From Candidatus Electrothrix sp. GW3-4 (GTDB lineage Bacteria > Desulfobacterota > Desulfobulbia > Desulfobulbales > Desulfobulbaceae): a stretch of DNA of 32,000 bases. The stretch spans positions 4,140,001 through 4,172,000 of the forward strand of contig NZ_CP147990.1 of the NCBI RefSeq assembly GCF_037902255.1, given 5' to 3'. The notes beneath the pieces are model-generated. The model ran no database searches. It saw only the letters and a list, made by a program, of their open reading frames with translations, and was not told the DNA's origin. Both the position numbers and the translations under genes were made by a program. Numbering within the stretch: the first letter of the stretch is position 1; each line of letters starts with the position of its first letter. Positions 18,608 to 26,554 of this stretch are shown piece after piece.

Positions 18608-18636
18608 TTGACAGAATAAATTTTAAGTGGTATAAA
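18608..18636 (+). promoter_or_regulatory. near-consensus sigma-70 promoter for the tRNA-Ser pair
   Basis: TTGACA (18608-18613), a 17-nt spacer, then TATAAA (18631-18636). It lies about 25 nt upstream of the first tRNA. Confidence 0.6.
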
Positions 18637-18661
18637 AAATCTACACTCAATTATAGAGTCA

Positions 18662-18747
18662 GGAGGAATGGCCGAGTGGTTGAAGGCGGCGGTCTTGAAA
18701 ACCGTTGTACGAAAGTACCGTGGGTTCGAATCCTACTTCCTCCGCCA
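18662..18747 (+). tRNA. tRNA-Ser (anticodon UGA), CCA encoded
   Basis: The acceptor stem pairs GGAGGAA with TTCCTCC. The anticodon loop is cTTGAaa, with TGA at 18696-18698. It has a long variable arm (tgtacgaaagtaccg), a T-loop GGTTCGAATCC, discriminator G and CCA. Confidence 0.9.
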
Positions 18748-18780
18748 CTTTGATATTACGTTCTTGTTTTGCAAGACAGA

Positions 18781-18873
18781 GGAGAGATGACCGAGCTGGC
18801 CGATGGTGCTCGCCTGCTAAGCGAGTGTGGGGGTCAAACTCCACCGAGGGTTCGAATCCCTCTCTCTCCGCCA
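18781..18873 (+). tRNA. tRNA-Ser (anticodon GCU), CCA encoded
   Basis: The acceptor stem pairs GGAGAGA with TCTCTCC. The anticodon loop is ctGCTaa, with GCT at 18816-18818. It has a long variable arm (tgtgggggtcaaactccacc), a T-arm GAGGGTTCGAATCCCTC, then G and CCA. Confidence 0.9.
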
Positions 18874-18883
18874 AAAAATGAAA

Positions 18884-18914
18884 AGCCGCTCTTCCTGTAA
18901 GAGCGGCTTTTTTT
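18884..18914 (+). terminator. Rho-independent terminator after the tRNA-Ser pair
   Basis: A perfect 10-bp stem, agccgctctt (18884-18893) pairing with aagagcggct (18899-18908), has a 5-nt loop and is followed by a run of 7 T. Confidence 0.8.
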
Positions 18915-19037
18915 ATTGCTCTTTTTTCGTTCTGCTTCATAATGATATTATGATATAGGCACGGAAGGTGTCCCCGTGCTTCTAGCTTTCTTGCTTAAGC
19001 TGAAAAAATAAGGCATTGATAAAAGAGGTAAGCCCCC

Positions 19038-19508
19038 TTAAAAACCCCAGAGCAATGAACGTTTAATCCAGCCAGTCACCTCGCCGTGCTGGACCTTTAC
19101 CCATCCTTTTTGCTGCGCCAGCGTCTTAAACACTACACCATAATAGGCCTGAGCAACCACTTTACTCTTGGTGTTGGGTTTATTGCGGATATTAATTTTT
19201 CCGTTGTTTTTCTTTTGCGCCTTGACGATCATATGACCGGAACGGTTGACAACATCTTTATGTACCCAGCCGACAGCTCCTTCAAAGTCCTTTACCTGAA
19301 GCCAATCATCGGATTTTTTCACCACCTTCAAGGGAAAACCGATACCAAGTTTCCAGATAACCGCTTTGTCCAGACTCGGGCCTGATCGCATATTTACATT
19401 ATCGTTCTTAACAGCAACCATCCTGGCCATGACCGATCCTGCGGTCAAACTGCTCAGAAGAAAAAAAATGAATAGAATGATAAAAATATTTTTTTTCATG
19501 GTATTCAA
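19038..19508 (-). CDS. secreted protein with two bacterial SH3 (SH3b)-like domains
   Basis: It has an N-terminal signal peptide (KKNIFIILFIFFLLSSLTAGSVMA). Two repeats follow the pattern NVNMRSGPS...DWLQVKD..GAVGWVHKDVV and INIRNKPN...GWVKVQH.GEVTGWIKRSLL. Confidence 0.75.
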   Translation of the reverse strand: MNTMKKNIFIILFIFFLLSSLTAGSVMARMVAVKNDNVNMRSGPSLDKAVIWKLGIGFPLKVVKKSDDWLQVKDFEGAVGWVHKDVVNRSGHMIVKAQKKNNGKINIRNKPNTKSKVVAQAYYGVVFKTLAQQKGWVKVQHGEVTGWIKRSLLWGF

Positions 19509-19518
19509 AAGTTGTTTT

Positions 19519-19857
19519 TTATGCGTTTTCCTTCTTGGTTACTGACGAGCTTTTCCTCTTTTTAAGGATACTCAAGACAGCTCCTTTCTTCTCCCCGAGA
19601 TCTTGGACTTTGTCCCGGCGTTCGTCAATAGCAATCTGGGTTATAACTCGCTTTACTCCCTGTTGAAAAGGACGGGCATGCAGCTCCTCTGCCAGCCTAA
19701 AAAGTACAGATGGCGTCCCGTTGATGATCGTCCCCATATCGTTGATTTCACATTCGACATCCTTTTTTTGTAAAAACTCTTGGATATCAACAATGTAATC
19801 ACTCAGACTGGTCTCTCCGGTCGCCATCGGAAGCACTGTGATCTGCATGAATGCCAT
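19519..19857 (-). CDS. MTH1187/YkoF-family (DUF77) small protein
   Basis: A 112-aa ORF. The N-terminus QITVLPMATGETSLSDYIVDIQEFL....GT.I.G resembles the MTH1187 family pattern (V.P.GTG.S.S.YV). The lysine-rich C-terminal tail is unusual. This identification is from memory only. Confidence 0.6.
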   Translation of the reverse strand: MAFMQITVLPMATGETSLSDYIVDIQEFLQKKDVECEINDMGTIINGTPSVLFRLAEELHARPFQQGVKRVITQIAIDERRDKVQDLGEKKGAVLSILKKRKSSSVTKKENA

Positions 19858-19878
19858 TTTCTTCCTTTTCTATGCCTG

Positions 19879-20772
19879 TTATTCTTGCCCAACCTTTCTC
19901 TCAGCCACCAAATTGATCAAACGATCAAGATCCTCAGGGGAATAATATGCTATCTCCAGTTTACCTCGGGTCCCGTTCTGAACAATTCGTACCTTGGTAT
20001 TAAACTGATTCGTTAACTGCGTTGAGAGAGAACGACAGTAGGCAACGGAAAGCCCATCATCTTTCTTTTTTTTCTCTGCTGTAGGCTGTTTCTTTTTTTG
20101 CACCGCTTGGCGGCAGATATTTTCGGTCTGGCGAACAGAAAGGTCCTCTTTTAAGATCCGGTCCCGGATCTCCTGCATCTGGAGAGGGTCGTCTTTCAGG
20201 CGAAGGAGTACCCTGGCATGCCCTTCAGAGATCAATGCGCTTGCAACGTCATCTTGCAGTGATGCTGGAAGCTTCAAGAGCCTGAGTACATTGGTCACTG
20301 TGGAGCGTTTTCGGCCAACCTTGTGGGCAACCTCTTCCTGTGTCAAACGAAACACTTCAATGAGGCGAGAATAGGCTATGGCCTCTTCAATAGGATTGAG
20401 ATCCTGACGCTGAATGTTTTCAATCAGGGCTAATTCTAATGTTTCGTCATCAGAGCTAGTCTCCATAATAACGACAGGCACTTCCTCTTCGCCTACCAAC
20501 CGGGCAGCTCTGAGGCGACGTTCTCCAGCGATCAATTTATACCGATTACCGCCATTACTGCTTACCAGGAGGGGCTGAATGATGCCTCTTTCGCGAATAG
20601 ACTCTGCCAGTTGGTTGAGCTTTTCCTCGTCAAAATTATTCCTTGGCTGATGAGGATTAACTTCTATCTTGTCTATATCACAAAAAAAATATTTTGATTC
20701 CTCATCGTCCAATGATACATCATCTGGCAGGAGGGCGGCAACGCCTCTACCCAACACGTTTTTTGAACTCAT
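19879..20772 (-). CDS. parB: chromosome partitioning protein ParB (Spo0J)
   Basis: The ParB boxes are present: NPHQPRNNFDEEKLNQLAESIRERGIIQPLLV, YKLIAGERRLRAARLVG and IENIQRQDLNPIEEA, with the HTH region LTQEEVAHKVGRKRSTVTNVLRLLKL. Its start overlaps the parA stop. Confidence 0.95.
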   Translation of the reverse strand: MSSKNVLGRGVAALLPDDVSLDDEESKYFFCDIDKIEVNPHQPRNNFDEEKLNQLAESIRERGIIQPLLVSSNGGNRYKLIAGERRLRAARLVGEEEVPVVIMETSSDDETLELALIENIQRQDLNPIEEAIAYSRLIEVFRLTQEEVAHKVGRKRSTVTNVLRLLKLPASLQDDVASALISEGHARVLLRLKDDPLQMQEIRDRILKEDLSVRQTENICRQAVQKKKQPTAEKKKKDDGLSVAYCRSLSTQLTNQFNTKVRIVQNGTRGKLEIAYYSPEDLDRLINLVAERKVGQE

Positions 20773-21548
20773 TGCGCTTTCCTGTTTCTTCGTAAGAACT
20801 CATTACCAAGCTTATTAAAGGCCTTAGCACCGGCGCAGTTCTTATCATACTCAATAATCGTCTTCCCGTGACTGGGGCTTTCGCTCAGTCGCACATTCCT
20901 CGGTATAATTGTTTTGAAGACCTGGTCTTTGAAATGGTTTTTTATCTCTTCGGCGACCTTATGGGTCAAGCTATTCCGTTGGTCAAACATGCTCATCAAG
21001 AGACCTTCAATATAAAGCCCGCGATTCAGGCTTTTTTTCACCTTGCTAATAGTACCGATCAGCTGAGCCAAGCCCTCCATGGCAAAATATTCACATTGCA
21101 TGGGTATAAGAACTGAATCTGCGGCTGTCAAGCCATTAATTGTTAAGAGTCCGAGAGATGGAGGACAATCAATAATGATATAATCGTAGCGTTCTCGAAC
21201 TTCTTTAAGAATCCTTCGCAGTTGTTTTTCCCGATTTTCTTTGGTTATCAATTCAATTTCAACCCCGACCAAGTCTATGGATGCCGCAAGAATGAAAAAA
21301 TTCTTAATACTGGTTCGCTGAATACAGTCTGCTGTGTTCGAAACAGTCCCCATATAGCAGGTATAGAGATGTTTTTCCGGGTCGGCATTAAACAATCCCA
21401 CGCCACTTGATGCATTTCCCTGAGGATCTGAATCAACAAGCAACACCTTTTTTCCCTTTGTCGCCAAGGTAGCAGCAAGGTTAATTGCTGTGGTCGTTTT
21501 TCCTACGCCACCTTTTTGGTTTGCAAGTACAACTATTTTCGACTTCAT
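20769..21548 (-). CDS. parA: chromosome partitioning ATPase ParA (Soj)
   Basis: It has the deviant Walker A motif NQKGGVGKTTTAINLA, followed by LLVDSDPQGNAS and IIIDCPPSLG. The ORF is 259 aa. Confidence 0.95.
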   Translation of the reverse strand: MKSKIVVLANQKGGVGKTTTAINLAATLATKGKKVLLVDSDPQGNASSGVGLFNADPEKHLYTCYMGTVSNTADCIQRTSIKNFFILAASIDLVGVEIELITKENREKQLRRILKEVRERYDYIIIDCPPSLGLLTINGLTAADSVLIPMQCEYFAMEGLAQLIGTISKVKKSLNRGLYIEGLLMSMFDQRNSLTHKVAEEIKNHFKDQVFKTIIPRNVRLSESPSHGKTIIEYDKNCAGAKAFNKLGNEFLRRNRKAQ

Positions 21549-22291
21549 CAGAAATACAACCCTCTTTTTTGTTGAATTGCGACATTCTTTTTACACTCTG
21601 AAAAGAAAAATCACATCTCAAAGTTCGCTCATTTAACGCACGGTATCGCTCAGCAGATCCAACTTCACTATCGACCAAGGTTTTGCTTTTATCCTCTATC
21701 CGCATCCCGCAGGTTACATTTGACAAGAGCAGCCTGGTCCTTTTCCAGCCCTGCATCAGGAGCCTGCTGTTGCCGCTCAGCATGCTTGAACAAACGCATG
21801 ACATGGCGCTCCTCCTGCCATTCATTTCGAAACCTTCAATCCCGTGCTGCCCAACGGCAATGAGAAGCCAGTCATCCCACATCTCGGCATGATTAACGCG
21901 TTAATCTTTTTCGGCAAGAATGGAGCACAGTCCGCTGATCCTGACGTGGCCAATTCTCACTCCCTTCCAGTCTCCATGTGCAGAGAAATATACATCAATT
22001 AATTCCGACAAGCCTATTTTTTATAGGTCGCACAAGCAAGAGCAGAACATCGTCCGTTCGTTCTGTTGACAAGCTGTAGGGAGTAGCAAGAGCTTAACAC
22101 TATCTACGAAACCATTGATCAATGTCAGCGAACGGTCAGTTACATCTTACAGAAACAACAAAAGAACAAGCCGAGTCCTCAAAATGCAGCTTATGAGAAA
22201 AAAACAGATTAAAAGAACAGAATGTCGATTGTTGATCTTCACCTTTCCGAGTATACTACACTACTCTGAAAGACTGGTGAATATTTTTTTA

Positions 22292-22307
22292 TGTTTCACG
22301 TGAAACA
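22292..22307. other. parS: parS centromere-like site (perfect palindrome TGTTTCACGTGAAACA)
   Basis: This is a perfectly palindromic version of the canonical ParB-binding consensus tGTTNCACGTGAAACa. The palindrome extends to 18 bp (atgtttcacgtgaaacat, 22291-22308). It lies about 745 bp upstream of parA in a gene-free region. Confidence 0.85.
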
Positions 22308-22413
22308 TTTCCTCATCAATCCCTTTGCGTCGTTTTTCACCTCGCAAAAAAACTCATTGAGCAATAAACTCTTCCTCAACTCGAGTTAAATTTCTTCCGA
22401 AAAAAAACGAGCT

Positions 22414-24024
22414 ATGTTTTTGACAGATATACTCATTATCGGTAGTGGTGTAGCAGGACTTTCCTTTGCCCTCAAGGTGTCCTCCTTTGCCCGTGTCACT
22501 CTGGTGACCAAGAAACAAAGCGCGGATAGCGCAACAAATCTCGCTCAAGGGGGAATAGCAGCGGTCCTCTCAAAACATGATCGATTGGAAGACCATATTC
22601 AGGATACGCTCATTTCAGGAGACGGCCTCTGTCATCATGAGATTGTCCAGAGCGTTGTCGAAGAGGGGGCAGATCGAGTCCGTGAGCTGGTCAATCTCGG
22701 CGTGACTTTTCAGCGTGGAGAAGATGATGAAGAATTTGATCTTGGAATGGAAGGAGGGCATTCAGCTCGACGGGTTGCTCATGCCAAGGATATGACCGGA
22801 AGAGAAATTGAACGGGCATTACTGACTCAGGTGCAGGATAATAAACGGATAGAGATATTGGAAAATCATATGGCCGTGGATCTTCTGTTGGAATCCAAGA
22901 CGAAAAAAAAACGCCCTAAAGGGAAGGACCGCTGTCTTGGCGCCTATGTACTGAATCGAACAACCGGTGAGGTGGAGACGTGGCGAGCGAGGATAACGGT
23001 ACTCTGCACCGGGGGCAGTGGTAAGGTCTATTTGTACACCACAAACCCTGATATAGCGACTGGTGATGGTGTTGCCATGGCGTACCGGGCCGGAGCACAA
23101 GTTGCTGATCTAGAATTCGTGCAATTCCACCCCACCTGTTTTTTCAATGCCAAGGTGAAAAATTTTCTCATCTCAGAAGCCGTGCGAGGGGAGGGCGGCA
23201 TCCTGATCAATAAACAAGGGCAGCCCTTCATGCGGCAATACGATGAGCGTGGGGATTTAGCGACGAGAGATGCTGTTGCCCGGGGCATTGATACGGAAAT
23301 GAAAAAAAGCGGTGCCGATTGTGTCTATCTGGATATCACCCATAAGAAGCGGGATTTTCTCGAGCAACGTTTTCCGACTATCTACGGAACCTGCAAAAAA
23401 TATGGGGTTGATATCAGCCAGGAGCCCATTCCGGTAGTCCCTGCGGCACATTATATGTGTGGCGGCGTGCTGACAGACAAATGGGGACTCAGCTCGGTTA
23501 ATAATCTTCTTGCCCTGGGCGAGACTGCCTGCACAGGACTCCACGGGGCAAATCGACTGGCCAGTAATTCTCTGCTGGAAGCGGTCATTTTCGCCCATAA
23601 GGCTGCCCAATGGGTGAAAAAAAATTGGTCCGAAATAACCAGTCAGAAATCCTGTCATATCGAAGACTGGCGAACAGGCAGGGCCCAGTCTATTGAAGAA
23701 AACGTCCTTATCAGCCATAACTGGGATCAGGTTCGACGCCTGATGTGGAATTATGTTGGTATAGTACGCACCAAAAAGCGACTCCAGCTCGTAGAACGGC
23801 GTATGCGCCCTATCCTCATTGAGACCAAAGAACATTTTTATGACTACCTGCTCACTCCAGACCTGATTGAACTCCGCAATATCGTCCTGATGGCTGACCT
23901 CATCATCAAAAGTGCATCCTTACGCAGAGAGTCACGGGGACTGCATTACCTCCTTGATTACCCGGAAAGGGACGATATCCTCTTCAGCAAAGATACTATT
24001 TTGGAAAAAAGCACAAATGAATAA
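22414..24024 (+). CDS. nadB: L-aspartate oxidase (NadB)
   Basis: It has an N-terminal FAD fold DILIIGSGVAGLSFA, then AQGGIAA, HSARR, EFVQFHPT, SEAVRGEGG and NRLASNSLLE. Its 536-aa length is typical of NadB, a succinate-dehydrogenase/fumarate-reductase flavoprotein paralogue. Confidence 0.9.
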   Translation: MFLTDILIIGSGVAGLSFALKVSSFARVTLVTKKQSADSATNLAQGGIAAVLSKHDRLEDHIQDTLISGDGLCHHEIVQSVVEEGADRVRELVNLGVTFQRGEDDEEFDLGMEGGHSARRVAHAKDMTGREIERALLTQVQDNKRIEILENHMAVDLLLESKTKKKRPKGKDRCLGAYVLNRTTGEVETWRARITVLCTGGSGKVYLYTTNPDIATGDGVAMAYRAGAQVADLEFVQFHPTCFFNAKVKNFLISEAVRGEGGILINKQGQPFMRQYDERGDLATRDAVARGIDTEMKKSGADCVYLDITHKKRDFLEQRFPTIYGTCKKYGVDISQEPIPVVPAAHYMCGGVLTDKWGLSSVNNLLALGETACTGLHGANRLASNSLLEAVIFAHKAAQWVKKNWSEITSQKSCHIEDWRTGRAQSIEENVLISHNWDQVRRLMWNYVGIVRTKKRLQLVERRMRPILIETKEHFYDYLLTPDLIELRNIVLMADLIIKSASLRRESRGLHYLLDYPERDDILFSKDTILEKSTNE

Positions 24025-24182
24025 CCCAGCCCCTCAAGAGAGATGGGTTTCAAAGACAAAATAAAGCCCAAAATGTATCTCCACCTCAGTCGAGGTTCTC
24101 ACACCATTTTCTTCTCTCTCCCCTGGTCATCTCTTCCTTCATAACCGCAACCAACTCTTTTTATGCATATTTGCAAAAATAT

Positions 24183-24233
24183 ACAACATATAGCATTTAT
24201 TAATTGATAAACACCTATATGTTGTGCTATAAA
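24183..24233 (+). promoter_or_regulatory. candidate nrdJ promoter overlapped by two NrdR-box-like AT-rich repeats
   Basis: acaacatatag (24183-24193) and its exact inverted copy ctatatgttgt (24215-24225) lie 32 bp centre to centre. Box 2 in context is ACACCTATATGTTGTG. A possible promoter has -35 TTGATA (24204-24209), an 18-nt spacer and -10 TATAAA (24228-24233). The match to the NrdR consensus acaCwAtATaTwGtgt is approximate. Confidence 0.4.
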
Positions 24234-24332
24234 GCTTTCGTCAGTTCTTGATCGAAGACTCTTCTTCTTGAGCAATTTCCACAAAATTCTTGGCTGAAAT
24301 AATCAAGGCCACTAGCACGCAAGGGACATACA

Positions 24333-26516
24333 ATGGGGAAAGATATGAGCAGCAATATCTCTCAGCAGCTCCTAACAGAGACCGCTGAAACCGTCTTGGC
24401 ACGCCGTTATTATCTTAAGGACGGCAACGGCAATGTGCTGGAAAATTGGGACGCACTCTGTCGGCGAGTTGCGGATGCCGTCGCATCCGTCGATAGCGAA
24501 GAGAAAGATTACGAGACTATCCGGGAAGATTTTTTTGCCATGATCCACCGCCTCGACTTCCTTCCCAACTCTCCCTGCCTTATGAATGCAGGAACAGACC
24601 TCGGCCAGCTCTCTGCCTGTTTTGTTCTCCCTGTGGATGACTCTATGGATGGAATCTTCACCTCTATCCGCAATGGTGCCCTGGTCCATAAAACCGGGGG
24701 CGGGACAGGCTATTCCTTTTCCCGGCTTCGTCCCAAAAATTCTGCTGTCCGCTCCACCCAAGGTGTTGCTTCCGGGCCCCTCAGCTTTGCAGCGGTTTTT
24801 GATGCCGCCACTGAGACCATTAAACAAGGTGGAAAACGTCGTGGGGCCAACATGGGGGTATTACGGATTGATCATCCTGATATTATAGACTTTATATCAG
24901 CAAAAGAAGATCAAACCAAATTTACCAATTTTAACTTTTCTGTGGCAATAACCGATGCCTTCATGGAAGCAGTCAAAACGGACAGTGATTATGACCTGAT
25001 TGATCCTTCCGATAATCGGGTTGTCAACTCCTTGAGCGCGGTAAAGGTCTTTGATAAAATTATTGATCTTGCCTGGCATAACGGTGAGCCTGGAGTCCTC
25101 TTTATTGATACAGCCAACCGAAGCAATGCTACCCCGCAGCTGGGAGAATTTGAGGCAACCAACCCCTGTGGTGAGCAATGGTTACTTCCTTATGAATCCT
25201 GCAACCTCGGCTCCATCAACCTGGGACAGTATGTCCACGAGGGGAGGGTGGATTTTGAACGCATTGGCAAGACCGTGAAAACCGCAGTCCGTTTTCTCGA
25301 TAATGTGATTGACTGTAATCGTTTTCCTATCCCAGAGATAGCTGAGATGACACGAAAAACGAGAAAAATTGGGTTAGGTGTTATGGGAATGCATGACATG
25401 CTCATCCAGCTGGGACTTGCCTATGGGGAAGAAGTGGGGAGAGAGGCCTCAGCTGAGGTGATGCGCTTTATTCGCCAGCAAGCTGAGGCGGCCTCCATTG
25501 ATCTGGCTGCAATGAAAGGGTCCTTTCCTGCCTATGATCCGAAGATCAATGATTACCCTGCCCGCCGCAATGCAGCACTGACCTCCATTCAGCCCACAGG
25601 GACCGTCTCCATGATTGCTGATTGCGCCTCCGGCTGCGAACCGTATTTTTCCGTGGTCATGGAAAAAAATGTTATGGATGGAGACCGGTTCCTGATGGTT
25701 AATAAGCATTTTGAGGCCGTGGCCCGCAAAGAGGGCTTTTTCTCCGATGCCCTGATGAAGAAAGTTGCTCGCACCGGGACCGTTGTGGGTCATAATGAAA
25801 TCCCACAAAAATGGCAAAATATCTTCCGTACAGCCCAGGATATCACTCCAGAAGAACATATTCAGATGCAGGGGGCCTTACAGACCAATGGGGTCGACTC
25901 TTCCATCAGTAAGACCATTAACCTGCCAGACTCGGCCAGCAAAGAGGATGTACGATTCTCCTATATGCTCGGTTTTGAATTGGGCTGCAAGGGGCTGACA
26001 GTCTACCGAGACGGCTCCCGAGACTCCCAGGTCCTCAGCACAGGCCGCTCTGAGGAGAAAAAAACAGCCACGGTTTCCAATCAGGGCATCCTGCATAAAA
26101 AAGAACTGCCCGATGTCCTCAGCGCTAAGCGCTACCGCCTGAAAGACGCCAACGGCAATACCATTTATATTATTGTCTGCTTTGGAGAAAACGAGACACC
26201 GATGGAGGTCTTTGCCAAGTTCCCCTTTGACAATCGGGTGGATCTGAAGGACAAGTCCACTATGTGGACAACCACCTGCCGTCTGGTCTCCTTGGCCTTG
26301 CGCTACCAGATCCCTATGGAGGAGGTTATTAAACAACTTGATCGCTCCAGCGGACATATGCTTGACTTACCCGCCCAATTGGGTAAACTGCTCAAATCGT
26401 TTATGGCCGGAACCCGGAACGGGTTTTCGTCTGCATGCCCGGAATGTCCTGGAACCTTGGTCTTTGAAGAGGGCTGCGAGGTCTGCCGGGAGTGCGGCTA
26501 CTCCAAGTGCTCCTGA
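24333..26516 (+). CDS. nrdJ: adenosylcobalamin-dependent (class II) ribonucleotide reductase NrdJ with a C-terminal Cys-rich zinc ribbon
   Basis: It carries the RNR barrel signatures LSACFVLPV.DSM, GGGTGYSFSRLRP, KQGGKRRGANMGVL, the finger loop TNPCGEQWLLPYESCNLGSINL, and SISKTINLP. There is no class I tyrosyl-radical tail or class III glycyl-radical tail. The C-terminus is CPECPGTLVFEEGCEVCRECGYSKCS. Confidence 0.9.
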   Translation: MGKDMSSNISQQLLTETAETVLARRYYLKDGNGNVLENWDALCRRVADAVASVDSEEKDYETIREDFFAMIHRLDFLPNSPCLMNAGTDLGQLSACFVLPVDDSMDGIFTSIRNGALVHKTGGGTGYSFSRLRPKNSAVRSTQGVASGPLSFAAVFDAATETIKQGGKRRGANMGVLRIDHPDIIDFISAKEDQTKFTNFNFSVAITDAFMEAVKTDSDYDLIDPSDNRVVNSLSAVKVFDKIIDLAWHNGEPGVLFIDTANRSNATPQLGEFEATNPCGEQWLLPYESCNLGSINLGQYVHEGRVDFERIGKTVKTAVRFLDNVIDCNRFPIPEIAEMTRKTRKIGLGVMGMHDMLIQLGLAYGEEVGREASAEVMRFIRQQAEAASIDLAAMKGSFPAYDPKINDYPARRNAALTSIQPTGTVSMIADCASGCEPYFSVVMEKNVMDGDRFLMVNKHFEAVARKEGFFSDALMKKVARTGTVVGHNEIPQKWQNIFRTAQDITPEEHIQMQGALQTNGVDSSISKTINLPDSASKEDVRFSYMLGFELGCKGLTVYRDGSRDSQVLSTGRSEEKKTATVSNQGILHKKELPDVLSAKRYRLKDANGNTIYIIVCFGENETPMEVFAKFPFDNRVDLKDKSTMWTTTCRLVSLALRYQIPMEEVIKQLDRSSGHMLDLPAQLGKLLKSFMAGTRNGFSSACPECPGTLVFEEGCEVCRECGYSKCS

Positions 26517-26554
26517 CAGAGAAATGGGGCAAAGACTACCTCCTCTGAGCAACT

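Noticed and set aside
18659-18940. 93-aa minus-strand ORF from the ORF track
   Set aside because: It lies entirely over the two tRNA-Ser genes and their terminator, so it is an artefact of the stop-free antisense strand of structured RNA genes.
21689-21704. Possible oriC, based on two overlapping DnaA-box-like 9-mers near parAB and parS
   Set aside because: The evidence is only two 7/9 matches, with no cluster of boxes, no clear AT-rich unwinding element and no dnaA or dnaN nearby. That is insufficient to call an origin.
21481-21882. 133-aa minus-strand ORF upstream of and overlapping parA
   Set aside because: It overlaps the parA N-terminus out of frame. Its sequence is Cys/Arg/Ser-rich with no recognisable motif, and it has no obvious RBS. 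It is probably non-coding, but the region is flagged as a finding for transcript mapping.
24025-24332. Cobalamin riboswitch or other leader RNA upstream of nrdJ, and the 61-aa minus ORF 24099-24284
   Set aside because: I saw no B12-box-like conserved core, and a B12 riboswitch is not expected on a B12-dependent enzyme. The ORF is AT-rich antisense promoter sequence.
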